NCBI GenBank assembly: GCA_963740085.1
Contig: CAVUCU010000001.1
Coordinates: forward strand, 864,001 to 928,000
DNA length: 64,000 nucleotides
Reading direction: 5' to 3'
Origin: Nitrospirota bacterium
Lineage (GTDB): Bacteria > Nitrospirota > UBA9217
A program made the translations under genes and the position numbers. Positions 29,602 to 41,117 of this stretch are shown piece after piece. Within the stretch, counting starts at the first letter, position 1, and each line of letters begins with the position of its first letter. Under the pieces are notes generated by a model. That model worked only from the letters and a program-made list of their open reading frames with translations, was not told the DNA's origin and did no database searches.

Positions 29602-30798
29602 TCAATCGATCAGTTTATTCGTTTCCCGCAACCGCTCCGCCATCTCCCGCACCATCTCAATGATGAATTCGGGATACTCGCTCATCAGCCTGTTGATATT
29701 CTCGTTGCTGATCGCGACCAGTTCCACTTCGTCGAGCGCCACGGCCGTGGCTACCCGAGGGGCCGACAGGAAATATGACATCTCGCCGAAACATTTCCCC
29801 TCGGTGATGACTGCCAGCTCCTTATCGCCCTTCATGATCGCCACCCTGCCTTTCAGCACGGAGTACATTTCCATTCCCATCTCCCCTTCCCTGAAGATGA
29901 CGCTTCCCTTTTCAAAATACTTGACGTATTTGCCGATGATGCGCAAGGGAACGTTCTTTCTCCCTTCCATCAGTTTCTTGATGAAGGCCGTTTCATCCCG
30001 TCCCAGGCTTGCGGCGATCTCGGCGCCGAGAAGAAACACGACGAAAGAACAATAGATCCAGATGATCACGACAAAGAGCGACTTGAAGGACCCGAAGGCG
30101 AAACCATAGCCCGGGTTGTACAGAAGAAAGAGGCTGAAGGCGGGCCGCATGGCGAACCAGAGAAGAGATGTCGCAATGGCGCCGATCACGAGGTGAATGA
30201 TACGATGCCGATGGGAAAACACAAGATAGAGCAGAAAGACGACAATGGTTATGAACAAGAAGGACGTTACTCCCTCGAGATAACCCAGGGCCAGGTGCAG
30301 ATCCCTCCTCTTCTCGACCAGGGAAAAGACAATGCCTGCCACTGCAATGGCGGTCAATCCGATAAGGGAGACGATGCCGATCGCGATGTCAAACAGGATT
30401 TCCAAAAGAAAGGGACGCGTGTTTTTCATCCGGAAGATGGTGCCCAGAGATATCCTCATTTCACTCACGAGCGGCGTCATGCTCCAAAGCAGCACCAGGA
30501 CATTCAGAAAGCCGATGGTGCCCCTGTGTGATGCGATGGACTTCACCTCACGCAGGATATCCTGGCTGTAGGCGGGGATGAGCTGATTAAGCAGTTCCTG
30601 CGTCCTGGTCAGTGCCTCACTTGAAGAACCGATCACGGTACCCAGCAGAAAGGTGAGCAAAAAGAGCGTAGGGATGAGCGCGAGGGCCGTTGAAAAGGCA
30701 AGGGAGGACGCCGCTGACAGGTCGTTGTTCTTCCGGAAGGAAAGAAAGGCCTCGGAGACAACGACCGTAACGTTTTTCCATGCATCCGATATCATCAT
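29602..30798 (-). CDS. YihY/BrkB membrane protein fused to a C-terminal cNMP-binding domain
   Basis: AASSLAF..ALIP and YGFAFGSF..LLGAE (YihY), then IFREGE..FGEMSY..PRVATAVA (cNMP). Confidence 0.88.
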   Translation of the reverse strand: MMISDAWKNVTVVVSEAFLSFRKNNDLSAASSLAFSTALALIPTLFLLTFLLGTVIGSSSEALTRTQELLNQLIPAYSQDILREVKSIASHRGTIGFLNVLVLLWSMTPLVSEMRISLGTIFRMKNTRPFLLEILFDIAIGIVSLIGLTAIAVAGIVFSLVEKRRDLHLALGYLEGVTSFLFITIVVFLLYLVFSHRHRIIHLVIGAIATSLLWFAMRPAFSLFLLYNPGYGFAFGSFKSLFVVIIWIYCSFVVFLLGAEIAASLGRDETAFIKKLMEGRKNVPLRIIGKYVKYFEKGSVIFREGEMGMEMYSVLKGRVAIMKGDKELAVITEGKCFGEMSYFLSAPRVATAVALDEVELVAISNENINRLMSEYPEFIIEMVREMAERLRETNKLID

Positions 30799-31035
30799 CT
30801 GGCGGGTCCTTGACAAAACGTTAACGGGGAAATGTGCCGACGCGGCACGAAGACGCTGGGCGCGCAATTGCGGGTCATTATAGATGGTTATCAGGGAAAT
30901 ATCAAGATGTGTTCGATCATCCGCGGGCATATGTTGGAGGAGGCAATCCAAGCCGGGCAGCGAGGCGCATCAGGAACGTTAAAAACGTCGGGGTTCTCTT
31001 GCCTGACAGGTCCTCCCGGCCCTTTCGTTCAGACA

Positions 31036-32034
31036 TCAACCGTTCAAGGTGAAATCGGAAAAAAACATCCAATAAACGGTGATGAGGAGAAAAAGAGAAT
31101 ACAGGAGGACCGAAACAAGAGCAAGCCTCGTCTGGACCGCCGGCACGATCTTTTCCAGGCTGTGTATTTTTCTGAACGGCATGATCGCCCCTACCGCCAT
31201 GCCCGCGAGTCCTCCACCAAGAAGGCTCAGATAAAGCGGATACCCGATATAATGGTACTCGCCCTGCAAAATGTCGAAGGGGCAACGATGCGTCGGCAGT
31301 TCGTAGATATACAGGGAGATGAACGAAATCAGCGAGGCGATCGACACAAAAAAGGTCGTCGTTGAAATAAGGGAGAAGAGATATCCGCCCCTTCCCCGGA
31401 AGGCGACCACGAGCCCTGATGCGATGCTGAGACCCATGCCGAGGAAGAACGCGATCTCCGTGGGAATGCGGGGCAGCGCGGCAAGCCCCGAGGCGAGGCC
31501 TTTCGTCTCCACGCTGAAGAGACTCCCGCAGCATGAGGTGATCACCTCGACATTGAGGCCCGCAACGAACTTGCCGAGCACGTACGTCTCAGCGATGCTG
31601 AGGGGCGCCAGCAGGACCAGGAAGAGGTACTTTTTCCTGATCAGGGGATAATCCGGCGCCTGGTTATCCACCGCGTTCACGATCAACCAGAGACCGAACA
31701 GAAGAAAGTTCGCAAGCTTCAGGCCAAGCGCGGGATACCCATAGGCGTTGACATTCAGAACCCCGGCGGCACACATGGCGCCGGTGAAGTAAATGTGGAT
31801 CCGGTCCACGACAAAAATGAACAGGAAGAACGAAATGAGTTGAAGAGCGACGGCATGGGAAAGAAAGGTGGACACAAGATACGTGCTGCGTTCAAGGCGG
31901 AGTTGCTGCGCGCTGCCGCTCTGAAGGTCCCACGATCTCAGAATGCGTACGCCGTAAAAAGCGGAGAGAACAACAATAAGGCATATGATGCCCGAGGCAA
32001 CCAGGAGGGCGAGGATGCCGGGGTGCAGGATCAT
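31036..32034 (-). CDS. Conserved polytopic membrane protein with Cys/His motifs
   Basis: GAMCAAG, VITSCCGSLF, YELPTHRCPFD; coupled to the ABC ATPase by an ATGA overlap. Confidence 0.8.
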   Translation of the reverse strand: MILHPGILALLVASGIICLIVVLSAFYGVRILRSWDLQSGSAQQLRLERSTYLVSTFLSHAVALQLISFFLFIFVVDRIHIYFTGAMCAAGVLNVNAYGYPALGLKLANFLLFGLWLIVNAVDNQAPDYPLIRKKYLFLVLLAPLSIAETYVLGKFVAGLNVEVITSCCGSLFSVETKGLASGLAALPRIPTEIAFFLGMGLSIASGLVVAFRGRGGYLFSLISTTTFFVSIASLISFISLYIYELPTHRCPFDILQGEYHYIGYPLYLSLLGGGLAGMAVGAIMPFRKIHSLEKIVPAVQTRLALVSVLLYSLFLLITVYWMFFSDFTLNG

Positions 32035-32717
32035 TGCTTCGCCTCCGGGTGAACGATCAGCCCGTCCCTCATCTCGATGACAGAGTCGACGGACGGCCAC
32101 TCGAACACGATCGGGTCATGGCTCGCGATCAGGACCGTCCTGCCCTGGGCCTTGATCAGCGACATGCCTTCCATGAACTCACGGGACAGGACGGTATCGA
32201 GATGGGCGGTCGGTTCATCCGCGATAAGCACCGCGGGGTCATTGATCAGCGCCCTGCAGATAGCGGCTCGCTGCGCCTCGCCGCCGGACAGCCATTGGAC
32301 CTTCGCCCGCGCCTTGTCTTCGATCCCGAACAGGGAGAGGAGTTTGTGGGCCCGTTGGACAAGGCTGTTCCGGTCCACACCGGAAGGATAGGCGGGAAGC
32401 ATCACGTTTTCGAGAACGGATATGCCTTTGATGAGATTAAAATGCTGAAAGATGAACCCGAAGGTCGTTCTTCGTATCATGGTGAGGAACCGCTCGGGCA
32501 AACTCGTGATTTCCCGCCCGGACAGCAGGATCCGTCCGGCCGTCGGCCGGGTCATGCACCCGATAATGCCGAGGAGAGTGGTCTTTCCGGAGCCGCTCGG
32601 TCCTTTCAGAACGGTCATTGTTCCGCGGGCTATAGTCAGATTTATCCCGTTGACCGCGGTCATCTCATGGGCCGTGTCCTCGTTAAATACCTTGCGGATA
32701 TTGCTCAGCCGTATCAT
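32031..32717 (-). CDS. ABC transporter ATPase (LolD/MacB-like)
   Basis: GPSGSGKT, LSGGE, ADEPT, SHD. Confidence 0.93.
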   Translation of the reverse strand: MIRLSNIRKVFNEDTAHEMTAVNGINLTIARGTMTVLKGPSGSGKTTLLGIIGCMTRPTAGRILLSGREITSLPERFLTMIRRTTFGFIFQHFNLIKGISVLENVMLPAYPSGVDRNSLVQRAHKLLSLFGIEDKARAKVQWLSGGEAQRAAICRALINDPAVLIADEPTAHLDTVLSREFMEGMSLIKAQGRTVLIASHDPIVFEWPSVDSVIEMRDGLIVHPEAKQ

Positions 32718-32719
32718 GC

Positions 32720-33853
32720 CTACCTCATCACCGAATCCGGGTCTACTGTCGCGGCCCTCCATGTGGGAACGATAACGACGACCGAGTACGGGACCACGGC
32801 GAGGAAGAACAACGTCGCCATTTCCGTTCCATCAACGAACGGCGTGAGGGGGAAAGCGGGATACAAAACCGACCATCCCCGGAGAATGGGTCCAAAAAGA
32901 CCGGCTGACCAGAAAAAAACATGGACGTACGCGAGCAGTATTCCGCTGAAAAATGAGAAGAGTGATATGACCGCGCCCTTCCAGAACTCCATGACCAGCA
33001 CGTCGGACGTTTCCCAGCCGATCGCCTTCAGGATCCCTATCTCCCGTTTTTCCTCCGCGCTGAGGTCCAACGACCGGTCCCAGGCGAAGATCATGAAGGC
33101 AAGGAACGCCCCGGCGATCAACACCATAATAATCGAGCTTCGCCAGCTGAAAATGGCGTCATAGGTGCGCAGGATCTCCTCCTTGAGAATGGGCCGCGCA
33201 TCGGGCAGCAACTGGACGGCCTTTTGCGCGACGGTGACCATCTCCTTTTTGTTCGGGACGGTGAGAACAATGTCGGTGCCATAGCCGGCGGGAAACCCGA
33301 AGAGTTTTCTGATGTCCTGTTCAGACATCACGATCAGGTCAGACGACACCATTTCGGATTCCGCTGGCAGGATCCCGGCCACCGTAAAAAGGATGATCTC
33401 GCCCCGGGAGGTCCTCAGGGGGAGCATGTCGCCGCTCCGGGCAAGCAGGCTTCGGGAAACCCCGTTTCCGATCATCACGGTACCCGCGGCGGGCGGATCA
33501 TCGTGCGGGGCCAGGATGGTGTAATTTGCCCCGGATATGGGATGAAAATAATAGCCCCAGAACCGGAGCCGTGAACTGGCCACACCCCGTATCTTCGACA
33601 GAACGGAAACATACTTTTGGGGTATGAGATCATGCCTGCCGGCGATCAGACGCTGCACCACGATATCGGGTGAATGCTGAAGAACAAGACCAGCCTCTCT
33701 TCTGATCGCGCTTGCATACAGCAGGACGGAACCGAGAATGAAGATGATAACCGTATAGAGCGTCACCAGGGCGAAGACCTTTGCCTTTCTTCTGATCAGC
33801 GAGGAGAGGGCGAAGTCGAGGATGCTCCGGTGCTTCTCGATCAGCCCTTTCAT
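32720..33853 (-). CDS. FtsX/LolE-like ABC permease
   Basis: TM-periplasmic-3TM layout, KREIGILKAIGW. Confidence 0.9.
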   Translation of the reverse strand: MKGLIEKHRSILDFALSSLIRRKAKVFALVTLYTVIIFILGSVLLYASAIRREAGLVLQHSPDIVVQRLIAGRHDLIPQKYVSVLSKIRGVASSRLRFWGYYFHPISGANYTILAPHDDPPAAGTVMIGNGVSRSLLARSGDMLPLRTSRGEIILFTVAGILPAESEMVSSDLIVMSEQDIRKLFGFPAGYGTDIVLTVPNKKEMVTVAQKAVQLLPDARPILKEEILRTYDAIFSWRSSIIMVLIAGAFLAFMIFAWDRSLDLSAEEKREIGILKAIGWETSDVLVMEFWKGAVISLFSFFSGILLAYVHVFFWSAGLFGPILRGWSVLYPAFPLTPFVDGTEMATLFFLAVVPYSVVVIVPTWRAATVDPDSVMR

Positions 33854-34173
33854 GGCGAGACCTCCTTGTTTCTTCCCGCCAAATAAGCCCGCAGGGAGAA
33901 GGAGGGCCCGACAAGAGAGCCTGAGGGAAAATGTTCGAACGACATGGGATGGTCCTGAAACGGCGAGAACAGGTCCGCTTGGCTGAGGTGTCGCGTGTAG
34001 CGGGCCTCGGTGAACAGGCAGAGATCGGTGAGTTCCAGTTGCTTTACCATGTTACCATTGCGATCGTGTCGCGGCCTGTCCTGCTTCACCCGGAAACCGG
34101 AAAAGAAGAGAAGCGAGACCACGAGCAGCGACTGGAACCCGATGATGGCAATAACCAAGGACGATTTTCGCAT
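33850..34173 (-). CDS. Conserved small membrane-anchored protein
   Basis: TM plus LTDLCLFTEARYTRH..FQDHP..EHFPSG; ATGA overlap with the permease. Start uncertain. Confidence 0.7.
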   Translation of the reverse strand: MRKSSLVIAIIGFQSLLVVSLLFFSGFRVKQDRPRHDRNGNMVKQLELTDLCLFTEARYTRHLSQADLFSPFQDHPMSFEHFPSGSLVGPSFSLRAYLAGRNKEVSP

Positions 34174-34311
34174 AGCTTCCGCCTGTTCATTCTGCTGCAA
34201 CCATGAATGCTGAAACCGAGTCCGACAATAATCATGCAACATCCAAAAACCGGGCAATGAGACCGTATTCAGGGACACGCCGCCGGCGCCGGGTGTTCCG
34301 AAGCTCACCCG

Positions 34312-34815
34312 TCAGTCAAGCCCTTTGATCAGGTCGCGGTCAAGCTCCGGAAAGGTGAGCATGCGCTTACCCCGGTGGTCTTTCATAAAACCGAGGGCAT
34401 CCGACCTGCTCTTGAAGGGGACAAGTTCCCGGCCCATCGGGCCGTTCACCGTGCTTCCCTCCACATAAAAGGCTTTTTTCGCATCGATAACGTCGAGAGA
34501 ATAGTAGTCTTTTACAAAGATCGAATCGACACGCGATGCATCCTGGGAAGGGTTGTATCTCTTCATGTCGAGGAGATACTTCATCATGTCCTTGGTACCG
34601 TCGAAGGTCGCGTATGAGCCGTCCTTGAATATGATCTGCGATGACCAATCGGGATACTTTGCCGTGAACATTCCGCAAACAGGGCATTTGTCGGTCTGAG
34701 AGGGGATATGCGGCATCTGCCCGGCGGGCAGCTCCGAGGCTGACATCCCTGCCAAACAGATGGCGCTCAACAAAAAAACACGCGCAGTCTTATAATTCAT
34801 AATTTTCATTCTCAT
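34312..34815 (-). CDS. nosL: NosL-family copper chaperone
   Basis: CPVCGM, FDG, YVEGS.V.GPMG.ELVPF motifs. Confidence 0.88.
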   Translation of the reverse strand: MRMKIMNYKTARVFLLSAICLAGMSASELPAGQMPHIPSQTDKCPVCGMFTAKYPDWSSQIIFKDGSYATFDGTKDMMKYLLDMKRYNPSQDASRVDSIFVKDYYSLDVIDAKKAFYVEGSTVNGPMGRELVPFKSRSDALGFMKDHRGKRMLTFPELDRDLIKGLD

Positions 34816-35271
34816 TTCTTAAGTTGTTTCAAGAGTGGTCTTGTCCGAGTGGCCTGGCGTTTTTTTTGGGCAGCTCATCACTCGGCTGCGCAGCATGCCT
34901 GACATAATACAGTGTCTCTGCCCGATATGCAGGACTCGCAGCACTCCACCCGCGCCCGACAAGCCGGGCACGGCCGTGTCTGCCTTGTCTTGTTCTCGTC
35001 CCTACGATCTGTGCAGCATTGCTATGCGCATCTTTCGCGTCAGAGCTACCCGTCGCAGGGAAAGGCAAAATCAAAAAGCTTTACCCCAACCCGGCACGTT
35101 CCCGAAGCGGCCCTTACGATATTTTTGGGCGCCCGTCTTGGCCTAAGGAAGCGTCTCACAGGGCGAACGCGCAACCCGCACAAAAACCCGGAATATACAA
35201 ATATATAATAAGCATGCGCCAAGTCAAAATGCAACCGATAAATTGCCGCAGGCCCAAGCGTCGGAAAAGGT

Positions 35272-35556
35272 TTACGATGGTGCGTTCCTCTTGCATCCTT
35301 CGGGTATCGGAACGCCGAGTGCGGCACAAAGCTTTTTTACCTCATTGAACGAGCATCGATCGGCGGATTCCAGAAGCGCCAGGTGTTCAGGATCAACACC
35401 CGCCTTCCGTGCCAAGGCTTCATTCGAAAGCCCCTGTTCCGCGATCGCAGAGAAGACCCTCGCTGTCGTCGGGCATATCGTGCATTGGTCCCGGTAGCGT
35501 TCGAGGAACTCAGGATCAGCGCACTTGTCCCTGAGATAGGTTCTGAAGGTCTTCAT
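35272..35556 (-). CDS. XRE-HTH antitoxin-like protein, Cys-rich
   Basis: GLSNEALARKAGV..LALLES HTH; downstream of and overlapping a RelE-type gene. Confidence 0.7.
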   Translation of the reverse strand: MKTFRTYLRDKCADPEFLERYRDQCTICPTTARVFSAIAEQGLSNEALARKAGVDPEHLALLESADRCSFNEVKKLCAALGVPIPEGCKRNAPS

Positions 35557-35933
35557 GATCTGTATTTCTCCAGGTCGCCGCGGCCAACGCGATGCAGAAA
35601 TTTCTCGCGGTATTGACGTGTTTCCCGGATGTAGGCTTCGGGGACCTTGCTCGAATTCTTTCGGAGCGCGCGGTACACAACGATATAGGTCTCGAAGCAG
35701 AAAAAATAGAGTAAGCGCATATGGTCGCCGGAGAGGCTGACCCTCAGTTCGTGAATGCCGTCCTCAAGGAGGTCCGCATAGGGCCGGGGCAGCGTGGGAC
35801 CCATCTCCTCCAGCAGTTCGAGGAAATGGAGCACCTTCACCTGATGCTCGGAACTGCACGAATCGAGAAAATCCGAGACCGGGCAGGGTTTCATGAAGGG
35901 ATCGCAAAAGAGGACGCTCCATTTCTTTGTCAT
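35553..35933 (-). CDS. RelE/ParE (Gp49/HigB-like) toxin
   Basis: LPRPYADLLEDGIHELRV..RLLYFF..KVP. Confidence 0.85.
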   Translation of the reverse strand: MTKKWSVLFCDPFMKPCPVSDFLDSCSSEHQVKVLHFLELLEEMGPTLPRPYADLLEDGIHELRVSLSGDHMRLLYFFCFETYIVVYRALRKNSSKVPEAYIRETRQYREKFLHRVGRGDLEKYRS

Positions 35934-36034
35934 GAGGAGAACTCCAGGACCAGGTCCTTTCAGGATGAGGTGAGCTCCGGCGACCGCAGTTTCACGGTAT
36001 TGTTCAGGGACGCCCCGGTAACGAGTGTGGTCAA

Positions 36035-36080
36035 ACAAAATAAGAGCGGCAGCTACCCGATGAATAGGTGCTGCCGCTCG
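36035..36080 (-). terminator. Intrinsic terminator
   Basis: GAGCGGCAGC...GCTGCCGCTC stem followed by TTATTTTGTTT on the minus strand. Confidence 0.7.
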
Positions 36081-36098
36081 AGGAGCAATTCGAACCCG

Positions 36099-37013
36099 CT
36101 ACTTTTTCTCTTTGTCAACGGACACAACTTCCGTCAGCGCGTCCTTGATCGCTCCCGGTGCGCTCATGATGGACATGAAGCTGTGGCTGCCCATCATGCT
36201 GAGGTCCGGAAAACTGATGGCGATGCGAAACTTGGCGTAGAGGTGATATACCGTGTTCCCCGACACCAGTATCTCATAAGGAAGGTGGGCCGTCGACTTG
36301 ATGTCGCCGAAGTCGATATAGTCCATGATATATTTGTCCGCGCCTTTTCCCTTGGTCATCGCGACGCCGAAGACCGTTTCGTCCTTACCCGGTATATCAA
36401 CGCGGTACACCTTGGTCACCCCTGCCTTACCTGCGGCAAGGCCCGCTTCGACGGCGTTCACCGCCTCCTGATAGGTTTTAAACTTGGCAAGCTCATGATC
36501 GCCAAGCGTGTCGAACTTGGCCATGCCAAACATGTAGTGGTAGTTTCTCAGCTGTTTTTCCGTGAGCCCCTTCTCGGAACCGAATTCCTTCTGTTTGCCC
36601 AGGGCCGCCTCGAGCTTTGCCTTCACGTCTTCCAGGTTATCCTTCAACCGAAAAGCCGCCGCCCAATAAGGAGGATTGGTAAATGATACCTGGATCTTGT
36701 CCTTTACCTTCGTGACTGCCACGCGCTCGACAGCTCCGTATCCGCCGAAATCGCTTTTTGCCGCGTTGGACTTCAAGGCGTCGCTGGTCACGATGACCAC
36801 GGTGGCACTTGGATAGGGTGAGTAGGCGCCGACCACTTCGAACCCCTGTGCCTGCAAGGCCGTCTTGACATCGGCAACTACCTGGGCCGGGTCGGTCTTC
36901 TGGGGTTCAGAGCCGAGAATAAAAGGCTTCAGTCCCTCTGCCCGGGCCAGGGATATGTTCGTGATGAGTACCGCACCTGCCGCTACCAGACCGATTACTG
37001 TACGCAGTTTCAT
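36099..37013 (-). CDS. Conserved hypothetical periplasmic protein
   Basis: Signal peptide ending in ARA; YHYMFGM, AHLPYE, FPDLSMMG..FMSIM; AAGGAG RBS. Confidence 0.8.
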   Translation of the reverse strand: MKLRTVIGLVAAGAVLITNISLARAEGLKPFILGSEPQKTDPAQVVADVKTALQAQGFEVVGAYSPYPSATVVIVTSDALKSNAAKSDFGGYGAVERVAVTKVKDKIQVSFTNPPYWAAAFRLKDNLEDVKAKLEAALGKQKEFGSEKGLTEKQLRNYHYMFGMAKFDTLGDHELAKFKTYQEAVNAVEAGLAAGKAGVTKVYRVDIPGKDETVFGVAMTKGKGADKYIMDYIDFGDIKSTAHLPYEILVSGNTVYHLYAKFRIAISFPDLSMMGSHSFMSIMSAPGAIKDALTEVVSVDKEKK

Positions 37014-37321
37014 AGGTTTCTCCTTATTTTTTGCTGACCTCTCCGGTCAGGTTTGAAATATCAGGCATACGAGTGGGGGCTTCGCAACAAACTCGGGAAG
37101 TCGTGACCGCCCATGCATCGAACATTATGACAATATCACAAAATGGAGCGAAATGAAAGATTATCTACAGTATTGTTCGTGGAGGGCGCCGGCATTTGCC
37201 GACCCTTTGAAGTATTCTCTTAACATGCCATTTCAGGCTCACTGAGCAGGCAGTGTCGTGCACGTGTCGTGGTGACGCTCTTCATCAGCAAGGATAGCCC
37301 ATGCATACTGTTATGCCACGA

Positions 37322-39529
<2,208 letters not shown>

Positions 39530-39601
39530 TTACCTTGATTTTATCGATCCAACCGGATCGTGACTGTACCGTGGCGCCGCTCCTCGTCAGTGAAGCGCTT
39601 A

Positions 39602-39745
39602 TGATAATGACGAGATCGTAGGAACTGAGAATTAACCACTGAGGCACAGAGGACTCGGAGAAAAACCTTTTCAATTCGATCCGCTTTTCTCTGTGTCTCA
39701 GCGTCTCCGTGGTGGATTTCATCTTTCTTATGAATTCATCAATGA
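39602..39745. repeat. Nested palindromic cassette between perR and katG
   Basis: Inner AACCACTGAGGCACAGAGGACTCGGAG / CTCTGTGTCTCAGCGTCTCCGTGGTGG; outer ATGACGAGATCGTAGGAA / TTCTTATGAATTCATCA. Confidence 0.75.
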
Positions 39746-40195
39746 TCAACCTGCACGTTTTCGGCGGCACTCTTTACAATATCCATAACATTCGAATCTC
39801 ATAGCCACAGGCTGAAAGTCTGTCTTCTGCTGTATCTGCGAGTACGAGAGCGGGATGCCGCCGGGAAGATCTTCTATCTTGCCGCACTTTTTGCAGATAA
39901 GATTTATATGGTTCATCACATTGACATCATACCGGTTGTCACGATCATAGAACTCAAGTTCTTGTATCAAGCCCTCTTTTTTCAGAATTTCTAATGTATA
40001 ATAAACTGTTGACATACTGACCCGTGGCACTGTTTTTCTGATCTTCTTCAATATATCAGCGGCTCCGGGATGCGACATGTCCTTTGACAGCAGGCTGATG
40101 ATCGCGCGTCTCTGAGGGGTCAGCTTATACCCCTTCGCGCGGAGGCCTTTCTCGAGTGACGCTTGAATTTCCTGAGCTTTTGGAGAATTTCTCAT
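39746..40195 (-). CDS. perR: Fur-family regulator, PerR-like
   Basis: KLTPQR, HP, STVY, HINLICKKCG, GYCKEC; directly upstream of katG. Confidence 0.8.
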   Translation of the reverse strand: MRNSPKAQEIQASLEKGLRAKGYKLTPQRRAIISLLSKDMSHPGAADILKKIRKTVPRVSMSTVYYTLEILKKEGLIQELEFYDRDNRYDVNVMNHINLICKKCGKIEDLPGGIPLSYSQIQQKTDFQPVAMRFECYGYCKECRRKRAG

Positions 40196-40207
40196 ACAAG
40201 AGTATTA

Positions 40208-40261
40208 TCAGGAATGATTCCTAATTAGAATAACTATAAACGAGGCGGCGCCATTTGTCAA
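40208..40261 (-). promoter_or_regulatory. perR-katG promoter with an overlapping Per-box-like operator
   Basis: Minus strand TTGACA-N17-TATAGT; TTAGAATAACTATAA (40225-40239) resembles TTATAATnATTATAA; adjacent palindrome AGGAATGATTCCT. Confidence 0.6.
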
Positions 40262-40720
40262 ATATGTTTTCAGGATTATCATAATGACACGCTCACAAAA
40301 AGTCATTCTCATACAGAGCCCGCAAAGGTCGCCCGGAAGAAATGCAGCGATCATCAAGGCAGGATTGAAATCATCAAATAGGGATCACAGGAGTATGATA
40401 AATTTTAAATCAAGTACAAGGAGGCAGGATATGTCATCGAGAATCTTGAGACAATCAGAAGCGGTGAGAGCGAATGTCGCCGTTTCGCCGAAGCATCCTG
40501 AGACGCTGCACTACAACGGGCGACGGTGTGTCCATGGTCATAGGCGAGATTATCAGCCGAAAGAAACTGTTCCGGCCGAGGATCTCCGTCTTGGCCTGGC
40601 TGATGGCGTTAACGATAGCTTCGGTCAGGCGCCATGAGAGGGCTTGGAGGGGAATAGCACAAATTTAGCACAGTCAAAAGAAAAAGGAGCTACCGGAAAC
40701 CGGTAACTCCTGTAATTTGA

Positions 40721-40764
40721 TGGCGTCCCCAAGGGGATTCGAACCCCTGTTATCGCCGTGAAAG
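40721..40764 (-). repeat. att site: copy of the tRNA-Glu 3' half
   Basis: 44 bp identical to 62630-62673. Confidence 0.95.
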
Positions 40765-40923
40765 TCCGTCGGGACGAAAAACGTAACCCCTGAGAGTTAG
40801 CCTGGTTTCCCGTTTTGTCTTGGCAATCAAGGGGTTTTAGAATTGCAGAAATTATGCCGATTATGCTGATTACGCCCGTTTTGATAAATTTTGGACCAAT
40901 TTTGGAACAGTAAAAATCTCTTG

Positions 40924-41106
40924 TTATCGCAGATCAGCAGCGATAACCGGATTGCCGCCGTTCGCATTTGCCACGTTCCGCTGGGCAAGTAGAAAAAGTT
41001 CGCGGTTCCCCTCTTCCATCGCCGCGTTGAGATAAGCTGCAGCTTCGCGGGGGTCCTTCAAATCTTCGATCAGGTCTTCCTGGTAAGTTGTCGTTCTCTT
41101 AGCCAT
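40924..41106 (-). pseudogene. Truncated addiction-module antidote protein
   Basis: LKDPREAAAYLNAAMEEG..FLLA..NVA.A.G N-terminus; the HTH part is missing. Confidence 0.65.
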
Positions 41107-41117
41107 ATCTCACCCTA

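Noticed and set aside
34829-35260. ORF or riboswitch upstream of nosL
   Set aside because: The overlapping short ORFs lack an RBS or motifs, and no known aptamer could be recognised by eye.
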